A DNA stretch of 44,039 nucleotides from an uncultured bacterium (lineage in GTDB: Bacteria > Schekmanbacteria > GWA2-38-11 > J061): assembly GCA_964549305.1 (NCBI GenBank), contig CAZJVM010000012.1, positions 1-44,039 on the forward strand. The letters run 5' to 3'. Each line of letters opens with the position of its first letter. Positions within the stretch are counted from its first letter, which is position 1. The notes beneath the pieces are model-generated. The model was not told the DNA's origin. It did no database searches and saw only the letters and a program-made list of their open reading frames with translations. Of the stretch, positions 1 to 9,310 are shown one piece after another. Both the position numbers and the translations under genes were made by a program.

Positions 1-70
1 GCGTGGCGCAGCCTGGTAGCGCACTTGCATGGGGTGCAAGGGGTCGCTGGTTCAAGTCCAGTCGCCCCGA
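1..70 (+). tRNA. tRNA-Pro(GGG), first ~4 nt cut off by the window edge; CCA not encoded
   Basis: D arm GCGCAGCCTGGTAGCGC, anticodon stem CTTGC/GCAAG with loop ATGGGGT (GGG), T arm GGTTCAAGTCC, 3' acceptor CGCCCCG-A, then a T-tract. Confidence 0.95.
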
Positions 71-98
71 TTTTTTTTTATAGCCACTGAAAACAGCG

Positions 99-830
99 AT
101 GAAACATATTTTGATATCAAATGATGACGGCATCGATTCGGCGGGATTAAATACGCTTTATTCAGTCCTTTCGCAGAATTTCAAGTTAACGGTAGCCGCG
201 CCTGACCGCGAAAGAAGCGCGAGTTCGCATTCGCTTACCATAGACAAAAAGCCTGAATCCGAGAAGATAAAGAAAAACTTTTACAGCATAAGCGGAACCC
301 CGGCAGATTGTATTTATATAGCTTTCAGGGAAATCCTCAGGAACAAACCCGATTTGGTTATATCGGGAATAAATCACGGAGCCAATGTGGCGGAAGATAT
401 TTTTTACTCCGGAACTGTTTCCGCGGCGCTCGAGGCGACTATGCACGGTGTCCCTGCAATAGCAGTATCCGTTGCGGAAAGGCACGCGCGGCATTTCGAG
501 GTTGCAGCCGAATTCACATCCCGTTTGGCGGATATGATTTTACAGAGAAACAACTTTCCGTCAAATACCATATTAAATGTCAATGTCCCCAATCTGCCAT
601 CTGAACTTATTGAAGGAGTAAGGGTTACAATTCAAGGGTCGAGAAACTCACAGATGTCACCACTTAGTTCAGATAATATAGGCGCTAATGCACCAACCCC
701 TGTTCAGGAAAGTGATTATTCTGCTCTTTCAAACAATATGATTTCTGTCACTCCTCTGCATACTGATCTGACAAATCACAGTGCGATTGATGATATCAGG
801 GGATGGAATATTAAATTGTCTGAAAAATAA
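99..830 (+). CDS. surE: 5'/3'-nucleotidase SurE
   Basis: ILISNDDG, SGTPADC and SGINHGANV...YSGTV motifs; classic surE-pcm synteny. Confidence 0.95.
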   Translation: MKHILISNDDGIDSAGLNTLYSVLSQNFKLTVAAPDRERSASSHSLTIDKKPESEKIKKNFYSISGTPADCIYIAFREILRNKPDLVISGINHGANVAEDIFYSGTVSAALEATMHGVPAIAVSVAERHARHFEVAAEFTSRLADMILQRNNFPSNTILNVNVPNLPSELIEGVRVTIQGSRNSQMSPLSSDNIGANAPTPVQESDYSALSNNMISVTPLHTDLTNHSAIDDIRGWNIKLSEK

Positions 831-953
831 GATTTGGTTTTAGTTTAGTGGATATATCATGCCTGTCAAAAACAGAGCTTTTAAAATGTGAATACAGCTT
901 TATAGGCGTTCATTCACATAGATTATAACGCGTCAAATGAGAAATTAGTAATA

Positions 954-1601
954 ATGAAGGAATTTGAATCTTTAAGAGAGCTCATGCTAAACGAGCAGAT
1001 TGTGGAGAAGGGAATAAATGATGTTAAAGTTCTTCTGGCAATGCGCAAAGTTCCCCGCCACGAATTTGTGCCCCAAAGCATCATACATAAGGCATATGCG
1101 GATTCTGCCCTTCCAATAGGCGACAGCCAGACAATATCTCAGCCATATATGGTGGCGCTTATGACTCAGTCGCTGGGATTGAACGGCGGCGAAAAGATTC
1201 TTGAAATCGGCACGGGTTCGGGATATCAGACTGCAATTCTTGCGGAAATTGCCGGGGAAGTATTTTCAATAGAGAGAATCGGAAAGCTGACATCGCGGGC
1301 AAGAGCAATTCTCGACAAGCTTGGTTATACAAATATAACAACAAGGACATTTGACGGCACATATGGCTGGAGAGATAAATCTCCTTTTGACGGAATCATC
1401 ATTACAGCCGCAGCACCGGATATTCCCTACAGATTAATCGAACAGCTAAAGGACGGAGGCAAACTGATTATTCCCGTAGGAGAGGAAAATTCCCAATCCC
1501 TGAAAAAGCTCACAAAGAAGGGAAACGAAATTATCGAGGAAGAGATTTGCAGTTGCCTTTTTGTCAAATTGGTAGGAAAATACGGCTGGTCTGATATTTG
1601 A
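954..1601 (+). CDS. pcm: Protein-L-isoaspartate O-methyltransferase
   Basis: VPRHEF, QTISQPYMVA, LEIGTGSGYQTA and PFDGIIITAAA motifs. Confidence 0.96.
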   Translation: MKEFESLRELMLNEQIVEKGINDVKVLLAMRKVPRHEFVPQSIIHKAYADSALPIGDSQTISQPYMVALMTQSLGLNGGEKILEIGTGSGYQTAILAEIAGEVFSIERIGKLTSRARAILDKLGYTNITTRTFDGTYGWRDKSPFDGIIITAAAPDIPYRLIEQLKDGGKLIIPVGEENSQSLKKLTKKGNEIIEEEICSCLFVKLVGKYGWSDI

Positions 1602-1610
1602 TTTTTAATT

Positions 1611-1684
1611 CGGGGCGTGGCTCAGCTTGGTAGAGTGCACGGTTCGGGACCGTGAGGTCGCTGGTTCAAATCCAGTCGCCCCGA
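1611..1684 (+). tRNA. tRNA-Pro(CGG); CCA not encoded
   Basis: Acceptor CGGGGCG/CGCCCCG, D arm GCTCAGCTTGGTAGAGT, anticodon stem CACGG/CCGTG with loop TTCGGGA, T arm GGTTCAAATCC. Confidence 0.96.
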
Positions 1685-1720
1685 TTTTATTTTAACGATA
1701 TAAACTCAAATAATTCCTTT

Positions 1721-2188
1721 ATGGCTACTGCTTTCAAATGTCAGATATCCGTGATAGGCGGTTCGAACTGCACTCCGGCGGAATACGACAAAGCCGTGAT
1801 ATTGGGAAAAGGCCTTGCCGGATTAGGCGCCATAGTTGTATGCGGGGGACTCGGAGGTATCATGGAAGCTGTCTGCAGGGGCTCTAAGGAAAACAACGGC
1901 ATCACCGTAGGAATACTTCCGGGAGAAGATTTCAAAGCGAATCCCTATGTTGACATACCGATAGTAACCGGTTTAAGTCACGCGAGAAATGTACTTGTCG
2001 CGCGAAGCGGAAAAGTCATCGTTGCCGTGGGAGGAGGGTACGGCACTTTGTCCGAAATGGCCATTGGTCTCAAACTCGGGAAAAAAATCATAGGCGTAGA
2101 TACATGGAATATTTCCGATGACGTGATTTCCGTGTCATCGCCCGATGAAGCGTTGGATATAATCAAAGACCTTATCGAGGGGGAATGA
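1721..2188 (+). CDS. LOG/SLOG-family Rossmann-fold protein (TIGR00725-like)
   Basis: CGGLGGIMEA, GILPG, ARNV and GGGYGTLSE motifs; start moved to ATG 1721 because the track start lies inside the tRNA. Confidence 0.88.
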   Translation: MATAFKCQISVIGGSNCTPAEYDKAVILGKGLAGLGAIVVCGGLGGIMEAVCRGSKENNGITVGILPGEDFKANPYVDIPIVTGLSHARNVLVARSGKVIVAVGGGYGTLSEMAIGLKLGKKIIGVDTWNISDDVISVSSPDEALDIIKDLIEGE

Positions 2189-3069
2189 AAAGGAATCTGC
2201 TTTTAACAGGAGCAAGCGGGCTTTTAGGGTGGAATATGCAAGAAAGGCTTGCGCGCGATTTCGAGGTTTTCGCCCATTATCAAAGAAATAAATTTATCAG
2301 AGATGAATGCATACCCTGCCAATTCGATTTAAAAAGCGGTAAGACACTCAAAAAAATATTGCAGGAGATAAAACCTGAGGTAGTTATTCATGCCGCGGCA
2401 TTGACAAGCATTGTCTTCTGCGAAGAAAATCCTGAGGATACATTCAGGATTAACAGGGATTCAACAGGCATCCTCGCGTCAATATGCGCCGATATGGGGT
2501 GCAAATTTGTTTTTTTTTCAACGGATATAGTTTTTGACGGAGAGCAGGGCAACTACATTGAAACAGACGAGTTAAATCCTCTGAATGTCTATGGTGAATC
2601 CAAAGCGCAAGCAGAAGGGGTAATTGCGAAAAGCACCGATGATTTTCTCATATTGAGAATATCTATGACATACGGGTTTAACAACAGCGCCCATAAATGC
2701 TTCGCCGGAAAATTAATTGACTCATTTAATAGGGGGGAGATTCAAAACCTTTACACGAATCAAATAAGGTGCCCTAATTACGCCGGCGATACTGCAGAGA
2801 TAACGGCACGACTTTTATCATCCGGTGAAAGAGGAATTTTTCACTGCGCCGGACCTGAAGCATTGTCGCGGTATGAAATAGGAAAATTGATTGCAGATAA
2901 GTTTTCTTTTGACATTAAAAAAATAAATCCTGTAAAAGTAGATGAATATTTACTCCCTTTTAAAAACGGCATAGATTGCTCGCTGAACAGCGACAAGGCA
3001 TATCGCGCAACAGGTGTTAAGGGCATTAGTCTTGGAGAGGGGATTGATATTATAAAAACTTCCTTTTAG
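2185..3069 (+). CDS. dTDP-4-dehydrorhamnose reductase-like SDR (RmlD family)
   Basis: TGASGLLG, HAAA, STDIVFDG and YGESK (YxxxK) motifs; ATGA overlap with the upstream gene. Confidence 0.85.
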   Translation: MKRNLLLTGASGLLGWNMQERLARDFEVFAHYQRNKFIRDECIPCQFDLKSGKTLKKILQEIKPEVVIHAAALTSIVFCEENPEDTFRINRDSTGILASICADMGCKFVFFSTDIVFDGEQGNYIETDELNPLNVYGESKAQAEGVIAKSTDDFLILRISMTYGFNNSAHKCFAGKLIDSFNRGEIQNLYTNQIRCPNYAGDTAEITARLLSSGERGIFHCAGPEALSRYEIGKLIADKFSFDIKKINPVKVDEYLLPFKNGIDCSLNSDKAYRATGVKGISLGEGIDIIKTSF

Positions 3070-3079
3070 GAGAAGAGCA

Positions 3080-4378
3080 ATAGAAGAAATAGTAACAAAA
3101 GTTGAAAAAGCTATTTACGGAGGATATGGATTAGGCCATTTCTTTGACAAAGCAATTCTCATAGAAGGCGCTATTCCCGGAGAAACTGTAAAAGCTTTGG
3201 TCATAGAAGAAAAAAAGGATTATCTTGTAGGGAAAATAAACGGTTTTATAAAATCGTCTCCTTCAAGAATAACTCCTCCCTGCGCCTATTATGACTCCTG
3301 CGGAGGATGCCAGTATCAGCATATAGCATATAAAACGCAGACATCGATAAAAACCGACATTGTAAAGGAAAGTTTGGAAAGAGTAGGGGGAATAGATAAT
3401 GCAAACGTCAGCAATACAATGCCATCTCCCGAAGATTTAGGATACAGAAGCAGAGTTGAGTTAAAGATTACGAGAAAGACCAGGAGAAACGAACCCTTTC
3501 TCGGATTCTATATGAAGAATTCCCATAAAATAGTCCCTATCTTCAAATGCGTCGCCTGCAATGGCAAGATAAACGAACTGATAGAAGCGATAAACTTTTA
3601 CAGTCCTGTGTTAATGAAAAAAAACAGCGACATAATAAGAATATCTTACAGTGCCACATCAGGAAATATCTTGTTGAACATAAAAGGGAAGGGACTTCAG
3701 AAACATTCTATGAAATCAATTTATGAAGAGATGAGAAAATACTCTCCCGGTTTGAAAGGTTTGCTTTATGGCAATGGGAAGATTACCAAAGCAATTGGGA
3801 AAGAATACCTGTTTGAATCAATAAATAATATTAAATATCGCGTAAATTCAGATAGTTTCTTCCAGATTAATAGTCTATTGCATGAAGCTTTTGTAAAAAC
3901 CGTCTTATCCATTTTTTCTCCCCGGAAAAAGGAGATAATACTTGACCTTTTCAGCGGTGTAGGAACATTTTCCCTTCAGTTAGCATCAAAAGTGGCATCA
4001 GTTACCGGAATCGAAAGCAATGAAACTGCTGTTAATGATGCTAAATTTAACGCTAAAAACAATAAAATAGGCAATGTATCATTTATCTGCGGAGATGTTT
4101 CCTTAGCAGTTGAAAAAATATTCAATACGGAAACTTCAAACATAACATCTGTGTTGATTAATCCGCCGAGAACCGGATGCAGTGTGGAGTTGAAAAGGGC
4201 ATTGGTTAAATCAAATGTCGACAAGATCGTATATATTTCCTGCGATCCGTCTACGCTTGCCAGAGATGTATCTTATTTTACATCCAAAGGATTTTTACTG
4301 CAGAAAGTCCAACCTATAGATATGTTTCCTCAAACGATTCATATAGAAACAGTAGTTTCTATGACAAGGGACAACTGA
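3080..4378 (+). CDS. rlmD: 23S rRNA m5U methyltransferase (RlmD/TrmA family) with TRAM domain; probable ATA start
   Basis: CAYYDSCGGC Fe-S motif, SFFQIN, DLFSGVG, NPPR, YISCDPSTLARD, DMFPQT. TRAM-like sequence (GGYGLG...GAIPGETV) extends in frame to ATA 3080, 7 nt after AGGAG. Confidence 0.88.
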   Translation: MEEIVTKVEKAIYGGYGLGHFFDKAILIEGAIPGETVKALVIEEKKDYLVGKINGFIKSSPSRITPPCAYYDSCGGCQYQHIAYKTQTSIKTDIVKESLERVGGIDNANVSNTMPSPEDLGYRSRVELKITRKTRRNEPFLGFYMKNSHKIVPIFKCVACNGKINELIEAINFYSPVLMKKNSDIIRISYSATSGNILLNIKGKGLQKHSMKSIYEEMRKYSPGLKGLLYGNGKITKAIGKEYLFESINNIKYRVNSDSFFQINSLLHEAFVKTVLSIFSPRKKEIILDLFSGVGTFSLQLASKVASVTGIESNETAVNDAKFNAKNNKIGNVSFICGDVSLAVEKIFNTETSNITSVLINPPRTGCSVELKRALVKSNVDKIVYISCDPSTLARDVSYFTSKGFLLQKVQPIDMFPQTIHIETVVSMTRDN

Positions 4379-4528
4379 CTGTCAATTCATACCTGTGCAA
4401 AAGAGAAACAGATTTTTCATAATTTATCTTTAGCAGATTTACCTGATAAAAATACCGCGTATTCCACAGATTAAAGACAAACTTATCAGTCGTCATCTGA
4501 CAGGGGATAATGATTTGAGATAAATACA

Positions 4529-4556
4529 ACGTCTGATAAGATATATTATGTTAACT
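4529..4556 (+). other. dif: dif site (XerC/XerD chromosome dimer resolution site)
   Basis: ACGTCTGATAA-GATATA-TTATGTTAACT has the 11-6-11 layout and a right arm matching the XerD consensus TTATGTTAAAT at 10/11; intergenic between convergent genes. Confidence 0.85.
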
Positions 4557-4630
4557 TTTGTTCTCTTCGTTTAAATTACCGGTATTTCTTTGAATAATTG
4601 AGCTTAACGGGAAACTATTCGCTTTATTAT

Positions 4631-6688
4631 CTAAAAGCTCTGGAGGACTTTTAATTCGGCAATATCTTTTGTTCCTGAATCATCGTACTTGCTTGCTTCT
4701 CCTTTTATAGTTGCTTCAGAATCCAGTTCGCTGTCGCCTTTTACATTCCACCCGCCAATTGTCCTTTCGATATCTCCGTCTGATAGTGTGAATTCTTCCA
4801 CAAGGTTTTTCATATCAGAGATGTTCTTTTTCAACATAATGAGCGCGCTCGCTGTTCTTTCAGATGATGATGCATATGCTGATGTGTCTTTGTTAATGTC
4901 ATACATTGAATCTTTTAGCTGTTTGATTCCAAGGTCCTGTTCACGACAGGAATCATTTATACCCTCGACCATATGCCGTATATTTCCGGTATTTTTATTT
5001 ATCTCTTCTAGGCGCCCTTTCACCGTTTCCTGTACGGAAAAACCATCTTCCACACTCTTTATGCTTTGATTTACAAGTGCGGTTGTTTCATTTGCCGCTT
5101 CGGCGGACTGTATTGCGAGATTTCTGACTTCGTCGGCGACAACAGCAAAACCCCTTCCCGCGTCTCCCGCACGCGCTGCCTCCACTGCCGCGTTTAAAGC
5201 AAGCAGATTTGTCTGGAAAGCTATTTCATTGATACTTTTAATAATCTTACCCGTGGATGTAGTAGAGTCTTTTATTTTCCCCATAGATTCGGTAAGTGTA
5301 TTCATATCTTCTTTGCCTCTTCGGGCAAATTCGCTCGCCTCATTGCACATTTTACTCGCATCGGTCGTGCGTTCGGTATTTTCCGATACCATAGCGGCAA
5401 TTTCTTCAAGACAGGTAGATATCTGCTCGATTGAGCGCGCCTGAGTAGTCGCGCTTTCTGCTACATTATGACTTTCCGACGATATTTCATCACAGGCAGA
5501 GCATAACTCATTTGCAAGGATATCAACCTTTTTAAGACTATTATCAAGATTGTCCAATGCGGAATTGAAACTCTTCTTTATCCTGTCGTGCTCGCCGTAA
5601 TACTCTCCCACCATTCTTACGGACAGGTCCTTGCCTTCAACTGCCGCAAGAGCAATAGACGCTTCGCTTAGGGGATAATACATTGATTTTAACATTCCGT
5701 TAATCTGATAAATAAGCTGTTTATAAATTCCTTCATACTTATCCTCATCCGCCATAAGGCTTATGTCACCTTTTGCCGCTTTTTCAAAAAGCCTGGATAA
5801 ATCATCAACAAGCTCATCCATAACCTGCATATATTTTATTAATTTTTGAAAATTAGACGAAAGTTCATCCTTTTCGGAAAGAGGTGTCAAATCAATTGCA
5901 AATTCTCCGTTACTCAATCTGTTAGCTGTTTCCGCAATCCTTTTGATATAATCTCTCATATCCCTGAAGGACTCTGAAACTTTCCCGATCTCACCCTTTG
6001 ATTTGCAGTCAAAAGTCTGATCCACATCTCCCCACGATATTTTTTCCGCTTTTTCTGCTATATTTCTGAGAGGTTTCGTTATTTTATTTGAAATAATCAG
6101 AGAAAGGATGAATCCCACAATACCGGTTATAAGAGTCACGAGAAAAATTAGCTGCAATGTCTGATGGTTCTCTTCTAAAACCATTACTCCCGCTTTTTTC
6201 GACTGATTTCCGGCATTTACGAGCACCTCTTCAATTCTTTTCTCTACACTGTCCGCGATTGTTCGGGCTTTTGCAGTAAGGGCAATACCTTTTACTCTGT
6301 TCCCGGCGATATAGGCATCAACAGCTTCATTCATTGTTTTTATATATTCATCTACGCTGTTGTGCAGTGAAACAGAAAAAGCCATATTACGCGTTTTACC
6401 CTGACTGAGTATTCTTTCAAATTCTTTCCGTGCCTTTTCCGCGTTTTCTTCCGATTCACTGCTGAAACTTACTGTCAAGTCGGTCATCCAGTAAGTTATA
6501 TTTGAAAATGTTTTAGAAAGGTGGTTTACGGATTCTTGAAACGTGAGTGTAAACTTTTGATTATTTATCGCATCAGTGCTTTTACTGATTTTTTGGCTCA
6601 TATAAAAGATAGAACAAGTAAACATGAGAATAATCATGCCGTTTATGGCAACAATTTTACTGCCAATGCCATATTTAAACTTATTCAT
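4631..6688 (-). CDS. Methyl-accepting chemotaxis protein (2 TM, helical sensor domain, multiple HAMP domains)
   Basis: [37 protein letters not shown] signalling hairpin; HAMP-like ITKPL...EIGKV segments. Confidence 0.95.
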   Translation of the reverse strand: MNKFKYGIGSKIVAINGMIILMFTCSIFYMSQKISKSTDAINNQKFTLTFQESVNHLSKTFSNITYWMTDLTVSFSSESEENAEKARKEFERILSQGKTRNMAFSVSLHNSVDEYIKTMNEAVDAYIAGNRVKGIALTAKARTIADSVEKRIEEVLVNAGNQSKKAGVMVLEENHQTLQLIFLVTLITGIVGFILSLIISNKITKPLRNIAEKAEKISWGDVDQTFDCKSKGEIGKVSESFRDMRDYIKRIAETANRLSNGEFAIDLTPLSEKDELSSNFQKLIKYMQVMDELVDDLSRLFEKAAKGDISLMADEDKYEGIYKQLIYQINGMLKSMYYPLSEASIALAAVEGKDLSVRMVGEYYGEHDRIKKSFNSALDNLDNSLKKVDILANELCSACDEISSESHNVAESATTQARSIEQISTCLEEIAAMVSENTERTTDASKMCNEASEFARRGKEDMNTLTESMGKIKDSTTSTGKIIKSINEIAFQTNLLALNAAVEAARAGDAGRGFAVVADEVRNLAIQSAEAANETTALVNQSIKSVEDGFSVQETVKGRLEEINKNTGNIRHMVEGINDSCREQDLGIKQLKDSMYDINKDTSAYASSSERTASALIMLKKNISDMKNLVEEFTLSDGDIERTIGGWNVKGDSELDSEATIKGEASKYDDSGTKDIAELKVLQSF

Positions 6689-6726
6689 AACTCATACTCC
6701 TTTATAAGTTATATTGGATACTTTTT

Positions 6727-7470
6727 TTATTTAAAGGGATAAACAACGCTTATCGCCCCTCTCAAGTCCCCTTCCCTGTATCCCTCTTTTTTTCGCCCTG
6801 TTATGTCATATTCACCTGCAGGTTCTCCGTGGCACATAAGGCAAGCATGCTCCACATATAGGGGTTTCATATAACGGACAACTTTCGTTCCGTTATTTGA
6901 AATAACCTCGTAATAATCCTTTCCCTTCGGATAACCGGCTTTTTCAAATTCCGTAAGTATCTTGTCTTCAAAACCGTCGGGTTTATTAGCCCTGTTTCTG
7001 TACCGGTGCGATGTTTGTTTCAAGGTTATTCCCGTTTTCTCCTTGAAATGCTCGCCCACATACAATCCGAAACTTGCGGGAATAAATCCCTTGAATCCCT
7101 CGCCTTTTTTGTTAATTACCGGTTGTGCCTCATTTAGTATTTCTTTTATCGATTGAATAAATTGTTTAAAAACTTTATTTTCTGAAATATTGCCACTGTG
7201 CAATAAATCTTTTCCCGTACGTGCCTTATACTCATTGGACATCTTCTTTATGAATATTTCGGAGGTAAGTCCCTTGTCGCCTATGTCGGGGTTATTGATA
7301 AGCGTCTGATTTTTCGCTACTACAGACCTTCCCGAAACAAGCGCCATTGCAAGGTCTTCGCTTATCTCACTGCCATCGGTAATCGCGTAGGCATTCGCCT
7401 GAATAGCAAACGATAAGGCAAACACATATAAGATGGCGAAAACTTTTTGCGGGAAAGATTTGATTATCAT
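6727..7470 (-). CDS. Exported c-type heme protein, DUF3365/Tll0287-like domain
   Basis: Signal peptide ending ANAYA; RNRANKPD.FE, RYMKPL...CLMCH (CxxCH), GDLRGAISV; start taken at ATG 7470. Confidence 0.82.
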   Translation of the reverse strand: MIIKSFPQKVFAILYVFALSFAIQANAYAITDGSEISEDLAMALVSGRSVVAKNQTLINNPDIGDKGLTSEIFIKKMSNEYKARTGKDLLHSGNISENKVFKQFIQSIKEILNEAQPVINKKGEGFKGFIPASFGLYVGEHFKEKTGITLKQTSHRYRNRANKPDGFEDKILTEFEKAGYPKGKDYYEVISNNGTKVVRYMKPLYVEHACLMCHGEPAGEYDITGRKKEGYREGDLRGAISVVYPFK

Positions 7471-7612
7471 AATATATTCTCTCTTCTGTCGGAGATTGAT
7501 TTCAATAAACAGCTTTTGAATTATTCGGGTTTTCAACGCAGTATGTTACTTATTTTTCAATGGAGCGATTTTTTTTAAAATTAATTGAATTTTTTTAAAG
7601 GGAGGGGGATTC

Positions 7613-8131
7613 CTACTTGCGGTTTGAAATCATCGCGAAGGTTGCAATCTTTCCGCCGTGTTTTTTGAGGTACTTCAAGGCATTTAAACGGTTTTCAAAA
7701 GACATTACCGTTGGAAGGCATCTGTCGAAGGATTTCTGAAAGGTTTCGCCCGACTGTGACCTTTTCGTGTCCGTCTTACAACAGGGGGAAAGGTCGCCCC
7801 CCATTATATAAAAGGCGTCTTTGGAATCAATCATATTGCCGGAATAGTAGTCAGAAACGGTCATATCCAAAACTTTGTCACTTATTTCCTCCTCATAGTG
7901 AATCGCGCATTCCGGACAGCATGCTTCTATTTTACCATTGCTTTCGGTATCAAGTATTACTCCCATATGTTCGTGAATTTCTCTTTCACAGACGAAACAG
8001 ATATTCTTATCCTCCTGAAAGAAAGAAACCTTTTCAATGATTTGGTTAAAATATGGAAGTTTCAGGACCGCGGAAAGAACAATCCACAGGACAAAAACCA
8101 CGAGTACTATTACGGCGTGTTTCTTAGTAAT
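7613..8131 (-). CDS. Membrane-anchored Cys-rich NosL-like metal chaperone; probable ATT start
   Basis: CFVC, ACCPEC, DYYSG.MIDSKDAFYI and F...A..YLKKHGG resemble the NosL fold; AGGAG lies 7 nt before an in-frame ATT at 8131. Confidence 0.65.
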   Translation of the reverse strand: MTKKHAVIVLVVFVLWIVLSAVLKLPYFNQIIEKVSFFQEDKNICFVCEREIHEHMGVILDTESNGKIEACCPECAIHYEEEISDKVLDMTVSDYYSGNMIDSKDAFYIMGGDLSPCCKTDTKRSQSGETFQKSFDRCLPTVMSFENRLNALKYLKKHGGKIATFAMISNRK

Positions 8132-8177
8132 GATATTTCTCCTGCCTAAGGGATACTAATCATTCATCTATGTTCTA

Positions 8178-8207
8178 ATACTAAATATTTTTTTCTTGTT
8201 TAGTCAA
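8178..8207 (-). promoter_or_regulatory. Putative sigma70 promoter for the NosL-like gene
   Basis: TTGACT-18 nt-TAGTAT on the minus strand. Confidence 0.4.
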
Positions 8208-8232
8208 TACCTGTGTTCTAATAATATACGGG

Positions 8233-8264
8233 GAAAGGCGCGGATGTTCACCCTCGCGCCTTTC
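8233..8264 (-). terminator. GC-rich hairpin after the DUF2231 gene (possible terminator)
   Basis: 10-bp inverted repeat GAAAGGCGCG / CGCGCCTTTC just downstream of the stop codon; weak U-tract. Confidence 0.5.
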
Positions 8265-8278
8265 ATACACTAATGCTA

Positions 8279-8743
8279 TTAATCGTCGGCGATTCTTTGC
8301 GATGAAACATCCTCTTTAACCCCTACTCCGTATTCATAAACGAGTTTTCCTCCGAATAAACCGCCTGTAAATATGATAACGACACCTATTATCCATACAA
8401 TCAATGCCAATACGGCATATTTCCTGAGTATGTCAACACGCATCAGCGTATAGATTATAAATAGGAGAATGAATATTCCAAGGGCGGATAATCCCAGCGC
8501 TTCGTGTGTTTCGACGATTTCGCGGACTTCCCCTGAATGAGGCACTGATTCCTCGTCAATCAATCCGGTAATTGCAGTTGCAATGACCGCCATAAACCCG
8601 AAAAGAAGATTCCACCACGCCACATTTTTAAGAGTGTCGGTTTTTATGATGCGTGACAGAATTTCACAAAGCAGTCCAATCGACAGAAGCGCTATTGTGT
8701 AATGAACGAATATCGGATGAAGCGGAGGCATATTTTCAAACAT
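8279..8743 (-). CDS. DUF2231 family integral membrane protein
   Basis: HPIFVHYTIAL, 4 TM segments, TG..., H...G and GGKLVYEYGVGV motifs. Confidence 0.8.
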   Translation of the reverse strand: MFENMPPLHPIFVHYTIALLSIGLLCEILSRIIKTDTLKNVAWWNLLFGFMAVIATAITGLIDEESVPHSGEVREIVETHEALGLSALGIFILLFIIYTLMRVDILRKYAVLALIVWIIGVVIIFTGGLFGGKLVYEYGVGVKEDVSSQRIADD

Positions 8744-8824
8744 TTGTTACCCTCCATTAGTCCCCCCCTTAAGTGAGAGATAATTTAATAAAACAGAATG
8801 CTCATTCAAATATGTAACAATATT

Positions 8825-9304
8825 TTATATAACCTCTTCCCAAAACTTCACAATATGTTTTTTCCCATCTGCCGTTTTGAACAACACAATGATACCATAT
8901 TTGCCTTTTTCTTTGATAATTAAATCTGCTCCATAGTCATTCATCATTTTGTTTGCCATAGCCATTTTTTCCTGTGAACTTTTGTCAGGACTGATAGCTT
9001 TTACCTTTACCACCGCGTTGCCTATGCTCTTGCCTGTCTTTGCGTCTGATATTTTTAGAGAGAGGTGATGTGATGCTTTGACATCCATTTTCATCTCGCT
9101 CATATCCATTTTCATATCCTGCATCATCTTGTGATGCTCCATCATTGTCATCAAACTGTGTTCAACTGTATAACCATCCACTTCAATTTTCTCCGTCGCA
9201 GGCATATTCATCTTCATTTCTTTTTTCATGGCATCTTCACCGAAAGACAATCCGGCAAGCACAGCAGACATCAACACCGCCAACAATATCTTTTTCATTT
9301 TCAT
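8825..9304 (-). CDS. Exported Met/His-rich putative Cu(I)/Ag(I)-binding protein
   Basis: Signal peptide; 21 Met in 159 aa (MTMMEHHKMMQDMKMDMSEMKM); 6 bp downstream of cusA. Confidence 0.7.
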   Translation of the reverse strand: MKMKKILLAVLMSAVLAGLSFGEDAMKKEMKMNMPATEKIEVDGYTVEHSLMTMMEHHKMMQDMKMDMSEMKMDVKASHHLSLKISDAKTGKSIGNAVVKVKAISPDKSSQEKMAMANKMMNDYGADLIIKEKGKYGIIVLFKTADGKKHIVKFWEEVI

Positions 9305-9310
9305 TCTCCT

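Noticed and set aside
1-1690. tRNA 3'-end duplication as attL/attR of an integrated element
   Set aside because: Both copies are full tRNAs with different anticodons, the enclosed genes are housekeeping, and there is no integrase
1652-1720. N-terminal extension of the LOG-family ORF
   Set aside because: It overlaps the tRNA-Pro gene; family similarity begins after ATG 1721
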